Shown: piece after piece, positions 37,150-47,476 of the stretch
How the letters are laid out: the number at the start of each line of letters is the position of its first letter
Numbering within the stretch: position 1 is the stretch's first letter
Origin: Lachnospiraceae bacterium
Lineage (GTDB): Bacteria; Bacillota; Clostridia; Lachnospirales; Lachnospiraceae
Length of the DNA stretch: 64,000 nt
Direction of reading: 5' to 3'
Assembly: GCA_017544285.1 (NCBI GenBank)
Contig: JAFYEL010000075.1
Span: 2,616 to 66,615 of the forward strand
The notes under the pieces: model-generated
Databases searched by the model: none
What the model was told of the DNA's origin: nothing
Seen by the model: the letters and a program-made list of their open reading frames with translations, nothing else
Program-made: the position numbers and the translations under genes

Positions 37150-40100
37150 ATGAGGAAAAGAAGGATGATGGCAATCCTTGTATCTGCTGCCATGCTCCTG
37201 GGGAATCTTTCGCCCTGTGCGGCCGCTGCCGCCCCGGAAGAGGAAGTCCTTGAGGAAGCATCGGAAGAGCTTTCGGAGGAGACGCCTGACGATCGTGAAG
37301 ACACACTTTTGGAACCCTCCGAAGAGATCCCCGAAGAGGAAGCCCTTGATGTGTCCGAGGAGGGGGCTGACGGAAATACCGCGAATTCCATCATAGCCCG
37401 CTTTGATTTTGACGACCTTGCAACACCTAACGCCGAGATAAACGGCGAGGGCGCAAAGGCCACCGGTACTTACGGGATAGTTGACGATCTCACCGGAGGC
37501 AAAGCTCTGTCAATCAATATCAACAATGGGACATTCGCAGATAAGAAAGAGTGCCTTAAGGTCACGGATGCTTCGGGCGATAGCCTGATGACGGGCCTTG
37601 ACGCATTCACCGTTTCCTTTGAGTTAAAACAGATAAGGACCGGTGCCACCAACTGGCCCATATTCATAAACAAGGACGATAATTCTCCCTCTTACGGACA
37701 CGAGCATTACATAGGTACCTGCCTTCTGGGCGATGGTGCCCTGTCCGTTGAGCGCTATCTGAATGATAACGGAGGCCGTGACATCCGGGGAACATCGGCA
37801 ACATCCATCGTTCCCGGGGAGTGGTATCACATAGATATCGTTGAGGCTGACGGACTGGCGTCCCTCTATGTAAACGGCCAGATCAGGTCTAAAAAAACCT
37901 TTGATAAAGCCGATCTTAAGACAAGCAGCATCTTTGGCGATAACAGCGTTTTCTACGTGGGTCATGCCACCTGGGGACAGGAGTGGCTGGGCGGTTACAT
38001 GGACAACCTTACGGTGTATAACTATGCCCTCAGCAACAGGGAGATCGTTGATGAGTACAATACCTATGTATCTGCCATACCCATGGAAGGAACCGTCTCA
38101 TCTGACAGCATTGACAGGGGGTTTGTACGGGATGATTTTTCCCTCTTCCCGACTCTTTCCGGAAACGCCATAACCGAGTGGCAGGTGATAAAGGAGAGCG
38201 AAAGCGATCCCGATATCCTGAGGATTGAAGAAAACGGCGGCGTTTATACCGCTGTTGTCACTCCCGATGCAGAGGATTGCCGTGTCACCCTGAGAGCGGT
38301 TACCGCGCAGGGCAGTGCCGATTATAGGATCGCAGTTCTTGGCAGCGGCGGATCCTATGTGTCCTATGTCTCCGACTCGCCCATACAGGGTCAGGAGGGC
38401 GGCATGAAGCTTGCCCGCAGTGACGGAGGATCCTATAAAGCGGTACACGCCGATCAGCCCGTGATGTATACCGCCGTGGGAAATAAAGCATACGTGAGCC
38501 CGGCTATATTCAGAAAGGCAGACGGAAACGGCTTCGGGATGATAACCTCCGATGGGGGCTCAAACAAGCTTCTGCTGTATGACAGTGAGGATCTGACAAC
38601 ATACGAAAACGAAAGAGATATCACTCTCGCCGGTATCGGAAGCGTAAACTGTCTTGAGATGGTTTACGACCTTACGGACGAGAGATACGAACTCTTTGTG
38701 GATTCAGGTTTGGGAAAGCAGTATCTGTTTACTTCGGCCGATCTCGATTCCTTTGAAAACAGGGGACTGTATGCCCACAGCTTTGCCTCTGCTCCGGGAT
38801 CTCCCGAAGATGCGGTCTTTGCTTCGTCCATAGCTCTTCGGGGGCCGGAGTATGACCGACTTACCTCAAAATTCACCAATCCCCATGCCACAGCCATAGC
38901 GGGGAAGGACGACCTTACAAAAGCCATCACCGTGGATACCGCCGGCGATCTTTCGGCCGAGCTTGAAAGACTGACCGGGGAAGAATCCGTTGACATCACA
39001 TATTCAAACGGTGAATCCCATACCTACGGCATCCATTTCAACCAGTCCGATGTGGACCGTATAAGCTCGCTTGGAGCGGGAGAGTACACCTTAAGGGCCT
39101 ATCTGGGAGGAGACTCCTATGTGATAGACGCCGACGATCCCCTTATCCCCGAGCGTGCCGATCCCTATGTAACCTATGACTCCGACACCGGATACTATTA
39201 CTTCACAGCCTCTTACCCCATGTACGGATCCGCTGATGCCGACGGTTATGACCGTCTGGTGTTGCGCCGTGCAAGGACAGTAAACGGCCTTGCGGATGCA
39301 GAGGAGGTTGTGATCTGGGATGAAAAGGACGATCCTCAGCTTGGCAGGTTTATCTGGGCGCCCGAGATCCATAAGATAGGCGGAAAGTGGTATTTCATTG
39401 CCACTGCAGGCCTTAACACGGGAACCGGAACAACTTTCAATATCCGTCCCTTTATGATCAGGTTCAACGGAGAGAGTGTGGAGGATGAATTCCTGGATCC
39501 CTCAAAGTGGGGAGAAGCCGAGCTGGTAAAGGCAAAGGAGGGGGATAATATCCTCAACGGCATGTCCCTTGACATGACCTATTTTGAAGCAGGCGGAACA
39601 CACTATCTCGCATGGCCCGATGAGACCAAGAACGATCAGAACCCCGGTGGTGTCAGCGATATCTTTATCGCCACCATCGATCCTTCGGATCCCACTCAGC
39701 TCACAAGCAATGCAACGCTTCTGACCAGACCCGAGTACACATGGGAGTCCGTAAACATCGCCGTAAACGAGGGTCCCGCCGTTATAAAGAAAGACGGGAA
39801 GGTATATCTTGCTTACTCCGCATCTGCAACGGGCTCGGAGTATTGTGTGGGTTATCTGACTGCAGATGAGACTGCCGACCTTACGGATGTCTCCAAATGG
39901 ACAAAGAATCCCTATCCAATTCTTACAAGCGGAGACTTTGACAATAAGCTTTCGGGACCGGGACATAATTCCTTTACCGTCAATGCGGCCGGTGAACCGA
40001 TAATCGTATTCCACGCAAGGCCCAATGATGCTCACGAGGCCCATAAGAACAATTACAATGACTCCCTTTACGATCCCTGCCGAAGCGCCTATGTAAGGCC

Positions 40101-43100
40101 CGTGTTCTTCGACAGTCAGGGAGTACCCATCCTTAACCTCTCGGACACCGAGTTTGCGGGTCAGGAGGGGTCATTCTATGACATCACTGTAACCGTTGAA
40201 AGGGACAACTATACGACGGATCCCATTCTGGAGTATACCTTTGACGAGGAGCTTTCCGGAACCACGGTAAAGAATACCGCTTCCGGCAACTATCCTCCCT
40301 ACAATGGAACTCTTTACGGAAAGCCCTCCTATGTGGAGGATCCGGAGTACGGACAGGTGCTTTACCTGGACGGCTGGAAAACAAATTTCAAGGGCAATAA
40401 CAGTTATCTGGAATTCCCTCAGGGTCTTTTCGACGGAAGGAACGCCCTGACCATCTCCATGGATGTTAAGGAGGTTTCAAGGTCGGGCAACTACATGACC
40501 TTTGCCATCGGAAACGACAGCAACAAGTATTTCTTCATGAACGTAAAGCCCCAGCAGCTTAAGGCAGCCATAACAAAATCCTCAAGCGGCGGGGAAAAGG
40601 CAGCCATATGGAACGGAAAGTTCCCCAATAACTCCAGGGACTGGATAAACCTTAAGGCTGTTATCACAAAGAGCACCATAAGCCTCTACAGGAACGGCTT
40701 GCTCTTTGCCGAGACCGAAAACACCGGAGTGTCCGTATCGGATCTCGGAAGCGATCTTTCGGCTTACCTGGGCAGGTCCGTTTACGGTGCCGACCAGTAC
40801 TTCAGGGGCTATTTTGACAATGTAAGGGTATACGAGTATGCCATGACAGAGGAGCAGGTGGCAGCTGCCTACGCCCTTGAAGAGGCAGAAAGGGTAGAAC
40901 GTATCTCAAGCGTTGCGACAGTTGCCGACAGCTTTGAGATTCCCCATGCGGATGATATCCGCGGAAACATCACCCTTCCCGATGAGATAAACGGTGTTTC
41001 CCTGACCTGGACTTCAGACAAGCCCGGGGTTATCAATGCGGAAAAGACCGTGCAGGCCGGCTATGATGATATACCTGCCGGCGTTGTGACCAGGGGAAGC
41101 AGTGATGAGACCGTAGAGCTTACCGCAGTGTTCTCAAAGGATTCACAGGCAAGCGTCACAAGGCACTATACCGTAACGGTCAAGGCGGCTCCCACAGAGT
41201 CCGATCCTTATGAGGCATACCTTTTCGCAGGCTTCAGGGACAACCAGGAGAACGCGGAAAAAGAGCAGGTTTACTTTGCTACCAGCCGCGACGGCTTTAA
41301 CTGGGTGGACCTTAATGAAAACAAACCCATACTTTACAGTGATCTCGGAGAGAGCGGTACCAGGGATCAGTTCATAGGACGCAGCGCCGAGGGCGACAGA
41401 TTCTATATGATCGGTACCGATCTCAGCATCCATAACAACCCCGTGAAGGATGGGTCCAACAAGGATATTACCTGGGCTGCTTCCGGAAGTGACGGATCAA
41501 ATTCCATAATCATCTGGGAGTCGGAAGACCTGATCAACTGGAGCGAGCCCCGCATGGTAGAGGTGGCACCCTGGCTTTCTCAAAACAGCAAGCCGGGCTG
41601 CACATGGGCTCCTGAGTTCTACTACGACGAAAAGACGGGAGAGTATGTGGTATTCTTCTCGTGCACACACCTGGAGGTGGATAATAACGGAAACATAACC
41701 CAGGATTATGAGAATCATTCCGTTTATTACTGCAAGACCAGAGATTTCTACAGCTTTACGGATGCTAAGCTTTTCATAAGCGGCGGAAGCTACGAAAGCG
41801 GTGAGAGGAAAAAACGCATAGATACCACCATGATAAAGGATGACGCCACCGGTAAATACTACAGGTACACCAAGCAGGAAAGACCGGGGGCCACTGACGG
41901 CGGTGTGATCTATATCGAGCAGTCCGACTCCATTCTGGGAGAGTGGACGAGGGTTGAATCTCCCTCACTTGAGGATGCCAGAAACGTATACGGAGAGCTT
42001 GAGGGACCTTCCATATTCAAGCTCAACGATAAGGACGAGGACGGAAACGACCGCTGGTGCCTGCTCATTGACAGGTTTGCAAGGGGTCTGGGATACCAGC
42101 CCTTTATCACCACGGATCTTTCATCCGGAGTGTTCACGGGACTTAACGATTCCGAGTACAGCATGCCGGGTGTATACCGTCACGGTGCGGCCATGCCCAT
42201 CACCTGGGATGAGTACAAGAGACTGAACGGCAAATGGGGAGACAAAAACCTGGAGAAGACAATCACCATTGAAAAGAGTTCCTCCGGTAACCCCATGCTG
42301 GGCTTTGATGAAAACGGAAATACCATATTCGGCGGTGATCCTTCCATACTCGTTGAGGGAGATACGGTTTACGCCTATGTGGGACAGGATGTTTCCACCG
42401 GCGAAACCTACAACATGCCCGACTGGAAATGCTATTCATCCACGGATATGAAGAACTGGACCTACGAGGGAACCATACTGACCTGTAACAAGACTAATGT
42501 AATCTGGGCAAAAGACGATATTTCTGCCTGGGCAGGACAGGTGGTAAAGTATGGCGACAAGTATTACTTCTACTTCTGCACGGAGACCAATGCTTCCTAC
42601 GGCGGCGGCAAGTCCATAGGTGTGGCGGTATCCGATACGCCTACGGGACCCTTCACTGACATCGGACATCCTCTGGTAAGAAATATCGATACCGATAACG
42701 GAGTTTCCACCTGGGAGGATATCGATCCCACGGTATGGATCGAGACCGACGATAAGGGTGTGGAGCACAGAGTTCTCGGCTGGGGTAATACCAGATTCTT
42801 TAACTGCGAGCTGAACGAGGACATGATCTCCGTTAAGGACAAGGACGGTGCCGAGGCACTTTCCGCAAAGAAGGCATCCGAAAAGGCTGACGCCGACATT
42901 AAGGTGGGTGTCATAAGCGGACTCGGAAACCATACCTTTACAGAGGCTCCTTACTACTACAGACAGCAGGACGATGAGGGCAATTACTACGGCAGATATT
43001 ATATGTTCTTTGCCTGCGACTGGAGAGAGCAGATGGCCTACGCCTATGCCGACAGCCTTGAGGATTTCCTCAACAACGAGTGGACCTTCGGAGGCGTGAT

Positions 43101-44034
43101 AATGGAGCCCTCCGCCACCGCCAACACAAACCATATGGCAGTCTTTGATTTCAAGGGCCATACCTACTTTGTATACCACGACGGCAGCTTGCCTCACGGC
43201 AGCGGCTTCAGACGGGTGGCCTGCGTTGAGGAGTTTTCCGTAAATGTGGACGGCTCCATCGATCCCATCAGAAAGACGGCCACCGGCCTTACGGGAACAC
43301 TGTCATCCATCACAGACGGCGACGGATGCAGCGTGGCAGTGCGCCCCTTTGAAAACAGTCTTGATGATGCTTTCTATCCCATAAAGGATAAGCCCATCGA
43401 TGTGGACTACTATAACGACGGCGTAGAGGCCGGATGGGAGATCAACCCCGGAAAGATATATTCCTCCATGCCCGAATATGTATCAATAGAGTCCGATTAC
43501 AAGCCGGGACTGTACATCAGCGCCGGAAAGCCGGGAACATCCTACTCTACCGGAGAGGACAGCACCATACCCGCCTTACTGGCCCAGGCAGCCGACGGAA
43601 CGGCTGATGAGGCACAGACTCTGACCTTCAGGACATTAAGCGGTTTTGCTGGAAGCGGAGTAACCTTTGAGAGCGTCAAGTATCCTGGTTTCTACCTTGT
43701 GAACAGAAACGGTGTGCTGATGCTGGCAAAGACGGTGGAAGATGTTGAGGCAACCTTCTTCGTGAATGAGCGCAGCAAGGATGCGGACAGGGTTTATGTA
43801 CAGAAGACCCGCCGTGTATACACTGTCGGCCAGAGCATCGGATGTGATGACATCAGAGTACTGGTTAAAAAGAACGGGATCTATACAGCCGTCACACCCG
43901 ATTCCACAAATGCAGCAGGGATCGACATGAGCGAGCCCGGATACAGGCTGCTGGAGGTTACCTATACCTTTGAGGGTGTGCGCTACACGAAACCTCTGAA
44001 GATACGCATCGAAGATGCGGCCTTCGGACGATAA
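37150..44034 (+). CDS. Multimodular secreted glycoside hydrolase: three GH43 catalytic modules + two LamG (Laminin_G_3) modules + AbfB-like arabinose-binding module
   Basis: Signal peptide MRKRRMMAILVSAAMLLGNLSPCAAA. LamG modules at ~37390..38055 and ~40226..40860. GH43-1 at ~39150..40140 (ADPYV, WAPEIHKIGGKWYF, LDMTYF, NEGPAV). GH43-2 at ~41206..42225 (RDQF, WAPEFYYD, IDTTMI, LEGPSIF). GH43-3 at ~42328..43269 (GGDPSILV, WAGQVVKYGDKYYFYF, IDPTVW, TEAPYYY). AbfB-like at ~43330..43770 (TFRTLSGFAGSGVTFESVKYPGFYLVNRNG). Confidence 0.85.
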   Translation: MRKRRMMAILVSAAMLLGNLSPCAAAAAPEEEVLEEASEELSEETPDDREDTLLEPSEEIPEEEALDVSEEGADGNTANSIIARFDFDDLATPNAEINGEGAKATGTYGIVDDLTGGKALSININNGTFADKKECLKVTDASGDSLMTGLDAFTVSFELKQIRTGATNWPIFINKDDNSPSYGHEHYIGTCLLGDGALSVERYLNDNGGRDIRGTSATSIVPGEWYHIDIVEADGLASLYVNGQIRSKKTFDKADLKTSSIFGDNSVFYVGHATWGQEWLGGYMDNLTVYNYALSNREIVDEYNTYVSAIPMEGTVSSDSIDRGFVRDDFSLFPTLSGNAITEWQVIKESESDPDILRIEENGGVYTAVVTPDAEDCRVTLRAVTAQGSADYRIAVLGSGGSYVSYVSDSPIQGQEGGMKLARSDGGSYKAVHADQPVMYTAVGNKAYVSPAIFRKADGNGFGMITSDGGSNKLLLYDSEDLTTYENERDITLAGIGSVNCLEMVYDLTDERYELFVDSGLGKQYLFTSADLDSFENRGLYAHSFASAPGSPEDAVFASSIALRGPEYDRLTSKFTNPHATAIAGKDDLTKAITVDTAGDLSAELERLTGEESVDITYSNGESHTYGIHFNQSDVDRISSLGAGEYTLRAYLGGDSYVIDADDPLIPERADPYVTYDSDTGYYYFTASYPMYGSADADGYDRLVLRRARTVNGLADAEEVVIWDEKDDPQLGRFIWAPEIHKIGGKWYFIATAGLNTGTGTTFNIRPFMIRFNGESVEDEFLDPSKWGEAELVKAKEGDNILNGMSLDMTYFEAGGTHYLAWPDETKNDQNPGGVSDIFIATIDPSDPTQLTSNATLLTRPEYTWESVNIAVNEGPAVIKKDGKVYLAYSASATGSEYCVGYLTADETADLTDVSKWTKNPYPILTSGDFDNKLSGPGHNSFTVNAAGEPIIVFHARPNDAHEAHKNNYNDSLYDPCRSAYVRPVFFDSQGVPILNLSDTEFAGQEGSFYDITVTVERDNYTTDPILEYTFDEELSGTTVKNTASGNYPPYNGTLYGKPSYVEDPEYGQVLYLDGWKTNFKGNNSYLEFPQGLFDGRNALTISMDVKEVSRSGNYMTFAIGNDSNKYFFMNVKPQQLKAAITKSSSGGEKAAIWNGKFPNNSRDWINLKAVITKSTISLYRNGLLFAETENTGVSVSDLGSDLSAYLGRSVYGADQYFRGYFDNVRVYEYAMTEEQVAAAYALEEAERVERISSVATVADSFEIPHADDIRGNITLPDEINGVSLTWTSDKPGVINAEKTVQAGYDDIPAGVVTRGSSDETVELTAVFSKDSQASVTRHYTVTVKAAPTESDPYEAYLFAGFRDNQENAEKEQVYFATSRDGFNWVDLNENKPILYSDLGESGTRDQFIGRSAEGDRFYMIGTDLSIHNNPVKDGSNKDITWAASGSDGSNSIIIWESEDLINWSEPRMVEVAPWLSQNSKPGCTWAPEFYYDEKTGEYVVFFSCTHLEVDNNGNITQDYENHSVYYCKTRDFYSFTDAKLFISGGSYESGERKKRIDTTMIKDDATGKYYRYTKQERPGATDGGVIYIEQSDSILGEWTRVESPSLEDARNVYGELEGPSIFKLNDKDEDGNDRWCLLIDRFARGLGYQPFITTDLSSGVFTGLNDSEYSMPGVYRHGAAMPITWDEYKRLNGKWGDKNLEKTITIEKSSSGNPMLGFDENGNTIFGGDPSILVEGDTVYAYVGQDVSTGETYNMPDWKCYSSTDMKNWTYEGTILTCNKTNVIWAKDDISAWAGQVVKYGDKYYFYFCTETNASYGGGKSIGVAVSDTPTGPFTDIGHPLVRNIDTDNGVSTWEDIDPTVWIETDDKGVEHRVLGWGNTRFFNCELNEDMISVKDKDGAEALSAKKASEKADADIKVGVISGLGNHTFTEAPYYYRQQDDEGNYYGRYYMFFACDWREQMAYAYADSLEDFLNNEWTFGGVIMEPSATANTNHMAVFDFKGHTYFVYHDGSLPHGSGFRRVACVEEFSVNVDGSIDPIRKTATGLTGTLSSITDGDGCSVAVRPFENSLDDAFYPIKDKPIDVDYYNDGVEAGWEINPGKIYSSMPEYVSIESDYKPGLYISAGKPGTSYSTGEDSTIPALLAQAADGTADEAQTLTFRTLSGFAGSGVTFESVKYPGFYLVNRNGVLMLAKTVEDVEATFFVNERSKDADRVYVQKTRRVYTVGQSIGCDDIRVLVKKNGIYTAVTPDSTNAAGIDMSEPGYRLLEVTYTFEGVRYTKPLKIRIEDAAFGR

Positions 44035-44048
44035 GGGGGTGAGCTATA

Positions 44049-47000
44049 GTGAAGAATAAGTTAAAGAGATTTTCAAATAAACTGACAGCTGTAGTTGTTG
44101 CCACCGCCCTTGTTTTCGGAGGTATCAGCGTTTACAGCGTGCGCCGCGCAATGGCGGACACCCTTGATGACGGAAGGGTGGCATATTTTACCTTTGAGGA
44201 TACATTAAACGATCAGGCCGGAGGAAATGCGGCAACTCCCAAGCTTCAGGGGCTGGGAGATTATACAGGTACCGTAACCTATCAGGACGGCAGGGATGTA
44301 AGAGCGGGAAAGGCCGTGAAGCTCAGCGGATTCGGTCTGAAGCTCAACCACCAAAATGTGGGCGAGACCTATACCCTGTCCATGTGGATAAAACCTGATG
44401 GCACCATAGGGAACAACAGTTCCGTGGCATTCCTGGGATACCATGATCCCGAGCGCTGGATGTCAGTGGCCGGTAATGGAGGACAGAACGTTGTAAAGTA
44501 CTGGGCAAATGATAAAGTCAATAACGTTTTTGCATGGTCTTCATTTGGAACAACGGATCTGAAATCCGACAAGTGGCATCACCTGGTGATCACCGGCGAC
44601 ACCTCCGGTTCAAAGGTGTATATGGACAAGGTCCTCAGAATCAGTACCGATAAAACCGATAATCCCCTTTCCGGTGAAAATGCGGATGTATATCTTTGTA
44701 CGAACTACTGGGATGCCTGCGTTAACAGCCTGGTTGATGATGTTATGGTATACAACAGAGTTCTTTCCGAGGAGGAGAGGGAATGGCTTTTCTACTCCGG
44801 GATGTCCGCCGCAGACTATATCGATGAATATGGCATAAGCGTAAGGGATGTCCAGGCGGTGGAGGGCATAGTATCCTATGTCGATACCGATCTGCCCGCG
44901 TTTGTATTAAATGATGACGCAACAACCCTCACATGTACGGTGAGCGATGACAGCGTAGCTTCCATAAATGCGGCCGGAGAGATCACCTGCAAAAAGGTGG
45001 GAACCACAGGCTATACCGTTAGGGTATCAAACGGACTAAAGAGTGCCGAGGCTTCGGCTACCCTCACCGTGAGCAGTGAGGACGATGTGCTGGTGGGCAG
45101 GTTCACCTTTGATGAAGAAAACCTTAACAGCACAAAGGGAAGTGCCGCAAAGCCCATAGTTAAGGGACTTGGTGACTACACCGGAAATATCACCTACGAA
45201 AAGGGAAGGTATGAAGGATCAAAGGCCGTACGTCTCAGTAACTTCGGTCTGGATCTGGACAAAAAGAATATCGGAAAGAATTACACCGTATCACTCTGGA
45301 TGAAGCCCGACGGGGCGTTCCCCAACACAAACCAGCAGATAGTCTTCCTGGGGCAGGGGGATGATAAAAGTCAGCGGTGGATGGGACTCGCCAGCAGCGC
45401 TGCCGGATCGAACTCCGCATATTATTGGGGCTCCGGCGGCTCATTCAGCGGTTACCAGTACCCGGGTTATTTCACCCTGGGATCTGGGGCCTGGCATAAC
45501 CTTGTTATAACCGGCACCGAGGCAGGCACAAAGCTGTATGTGGACGGTGTGCTTTCCATAGACAGCAACCTTACCAACCATCCTCTGGATCAGGAGAGCG
45601 GAAATATCCTTGTAGGTGCGAACTACTGGGACACCTGCTTCCCCGGTATGGTGGATGATATAGTGATCTACCGTTATGAGCAGAGCTCAAAGGTAATCAG
45701 AAGCACCTATAATGCCGACCTTACAAGGATGGTGGGAGACGAGCTTGATGCGATACTTTCAGGTTCCTCATACCTTGGGAGAAATGACAGCGCCGAGGAT
45801 GTGAGGTACGATCTGCAGCTTCCCTCTTCGGTTCTGGGAAGAGATGTAGTATGGACCAGTTCACAGCCGGCAAGCATTACCGACTCAGGATATATGGTCA
45901 AGGCACCCACAGACGGAACAAAGGATGTGACCTTTACGGCAACGGTTGCCATAGATAAGACTGCTGTTACAAAGACCCTGGATGTGACCCTGGCAAAGCT
46001 TGACCGTACCAGACTTGATGCGCTGGTATCCGAGCTTGAAGCGGTGAACCCTGCGGAGCTTAGCGATGCGGACAAGACACGCCGCAGCGATCTTCTTGCT
46101 CAGGCAGAGTCCGTTGACATTCATGAAGAGGTTGAGATGGCAGAGAGCATGATCGACGTCTTCCTCCGCAATCAGAGGGCTACCGGTGATCCCGAGGAGC
46201 AGATCAACCCCTTCGCCTTTATCACCGAGCCCAAGGAAGCGGTGAACTTAAAGGCAGAGCTTTCAAAGAGCCTCTTTGAGGTACCCGAGCATGTGGCACC
46301 CTATGTGGATGTTGCCTACAGCTCAAACGATACGGATGTGGTTACCTATGCAGACGGCGTTGCCACTGCAAAGAAGGTATCCGGAAACGCCATAGTGACA
46401 GCTACAGTGACCGCAAAGTATGACAACTGGAAGATGGAGTACTCCACCGCAGTTACCGTGGAAGGTGAAGCTGTCACACCTCCGGGACCCACACCTCCGG
46501 GACCTACACCTCCGGGACCTACACCTCCCGGGCCTACACCTCCCGGGCCTACACCTTCAGGACCCGATCCCGCAAAGGAGCTTGAGAAGACTGTGGAGAT
46601 CCAGAACGCCCTGAGGAATGACGCCGTGACCAGGGGGGCAGGCACCAAGGCGGTTCCCGTTACGGTTGAGGTTAAGCAGGCAGCGGATGATACCGTATCA
46701 GTGGTTGAAAACTACGTAAAGGGCAAGATCAAGAGGATCGACATTGTGGCAAAGGCCGGTGTCAGCTCGAACGTGATCACCCTTAACGCAGGGACAAAGT
46801 ATCAGCTCGACGGAAAGAAGGGCACATACAAGATCGTTGCCGATTCAAACGGCGGCATCAAAAAGAATCAGAGAGGTTCAAAGTCCGCTTCAGTGAGCAA
46901 AAAGGGAGCCCTTAAGCTCAAGAAGGTAAAGGGCAAGGGAACCTACAGCGTGACCCTTGAATACGAAAAGGCCGATGACAGCGGCACTTGCTCTCTCATC

Positions 47001-47402
47001 ATCAATGTCGAGAACCTTGAGTTTAACAAGAGCATTAAAAAGACGGTTCTCTTCTCCGTACCCGGTGAGGTAAAGAACAGCTCCGCAAGCGTTATCAAGA
47101 CGGTAAGCGAGAACCTTGCATCCGAAGAAGCAGTGATCAGCCTCAGCGATGCAGCAGGCAGGCCTTCCGAGATGGTATCCGGAGTATGGAGCCTCAGCGC
47201 CGGAAAGGGCAGCAAGGTCAGGGCGACCATGACCGTAGCACCCGACGGAAAGAGCGTGACCATAAAGCCTGTTGCAGGCATGAAGGGCAAGGTAACCCTT
47301 CAGGTAGTGATCAACAAAAAGAAGTATAAGACAAGCATTAACATCCTTAACTCCACAAAGAAGAAGCTTAAGGCAAGTCAGATCACACCGCCCCAAAAGT
47401 AA
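44049..47402 (+). CDS. Secreted/anchored protein with two LamG (Laminin_G_3) modules, Big_2-like Ig domains and a (PPGPT)n linker
   Basis: GTG start 14 nt after the GH43 stop. Signal-anchor LTAVVVATALVFGGISVYSV. Two 'FTFED/FTFDE...LSMWIKPDG/VSLWMKPDG...DDVMVYNRVLS/DDIVIYRY' LamG blocks. The C-terminal 'ITLNAGTKYQLD' Ig-like module is homologous by eye to the tail of the coiled-coil protein. Confidence 0.8.
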   Translation: MKNKLKRFSNKLTAVVVATALVFGGISVYSVRRAMADTLDDGRVAYFTFEDTLNDQAGGNAATPKLQGLGDYTGTVTYQDGRDVRAGKAVKLSGFGLKLNHQNVGETYTLSMWIKPDGTIGNNSSVAFLGYHDPERWMSVAGNGGQNVVKYWANDKVNNVFAWSSFGTTDLKSDKWHHLVITGDTSGSKVYMDKVLRISTDKTDNPLSGENADVYLCTNYWDACVNSLVDDVMVYNRVLSEEEREWLFYSGMSAADYIDEYGISVRDVQAVEGIVSYVDTDLPAFVLNDDATTLTCTVSDDSVASINAAGEITCKKVGTTGYTVRVSNGLKSAEASATLTVSSEDDVLVGRFTFDEENLNSTKGSAAKPIVKGLGDYTGNITYEKGRYEGSKAVRLSNFGLDLDKKNIGKNYTVSLWMKPDGAFPNTNQQIVFLGQGDDKSQRWMGLASSAAGSNSAYYWGSGGSFSGYQYPGYFTLGSGAWHNLVITGTEAGTKLYVDGVLSIDSNLTNHPLDQESGNILVGANYWDTCFPGMVDDIVIYRYEQSSKVIRSTYNADLTRMVGDELDAILSGSSYLGRNDSAEDVRYDLQLPSSVLGRDVVWTSSQPASITDSGYMVKAPTDGTKDVTFTATVAIDKTAVTKTLDVTLAKLDRTRLDALVSELEAVNPAELSDADKTRRSDLLAQAESVDIHEEVEMAESMIDVFLRNQRATGDPEEQINPFAFITEPKEAVNLKAELSKSLFEVPEHVAPYVDVAYSSNDTDVVTYADGVATAKKVSGNAIVTATVTAKYDNWKMEYSTAVTVEGEAVTPPGPTPPGPTPPGPTPPGPTPPGPTPSGPDPAKELEKTVEIQNALRNDAVTRGAGTKAVPVTVEVKQAADDTVSVVENYVKGKIKRIDIVAKAGVSSNVITLNAGTKYQLDGKKGTYKIVADSNGGIKKNQRGSKSASVSKKGALKLKKVKGKGTYSVTLEYEKADDSGTCSLIINVENLEFNKSIKKTVLFSVPGEVKNSSASVIKTVSENLASEEAVISLSDAAGRPSEMVSGVWSLSAGKGSKVRATMTVAPDGKSVTIKPVAGMKGKVTLQVVINKKKYKTSINILNSTKKKLKASQITPPQK
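46476..46565 (+). repeat. Six tandem 15-bp coding repeats (PPGPT linker)
   Basis: ACACCTCC(G/C)GG(A/G)CC(C/T) five times plus a degenerate sixth unit. They encode TPPGPTPPGPTPPGPTPPGPTPPGPTPSGP. Confidence 0.9.
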
Positions 47403-47429
47403 ATAACACTCCATAGCAGTGTTAACCCC

Positions 47430-47465
47430 AAAAAAAAGTCCGGAGGGATTACCTCCGGGCTTTTT
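47430..47465. terminator. Bidirectional rho-independent terminator
   Basis: A-tract (47430..47437), stem GTCCGGAGG/CCTCCGGGC (47438..47446 / 47452..47460), T-tract (47461..47465). It sits between convergent genes. Confidence 0.85.
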
Positions 47466-47476
47466 AGTTGGAACAG

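Noticed and set aside
36936-37463. 175-aa minus-strand ORF overlapping the GH43 gene start and its leader
   Set aside because: The product is Ser-rich and low-complexity. It runs antisense through the signal-peptide and acidic-linker region and into the promoter. There is no RBS and no motif.
46476-46565. Possible CRISPR or non-coding tandem-repeat arrays (also 59871..59999, 21415..21480, 30118..30230)
   Set aside because: All are in-frame coding repeats producing Pro/Ala/Glu/Lys linkers. They have no spacer-repeat periodicity of 28-37 + 30-40 bp, and no cas genes are present.
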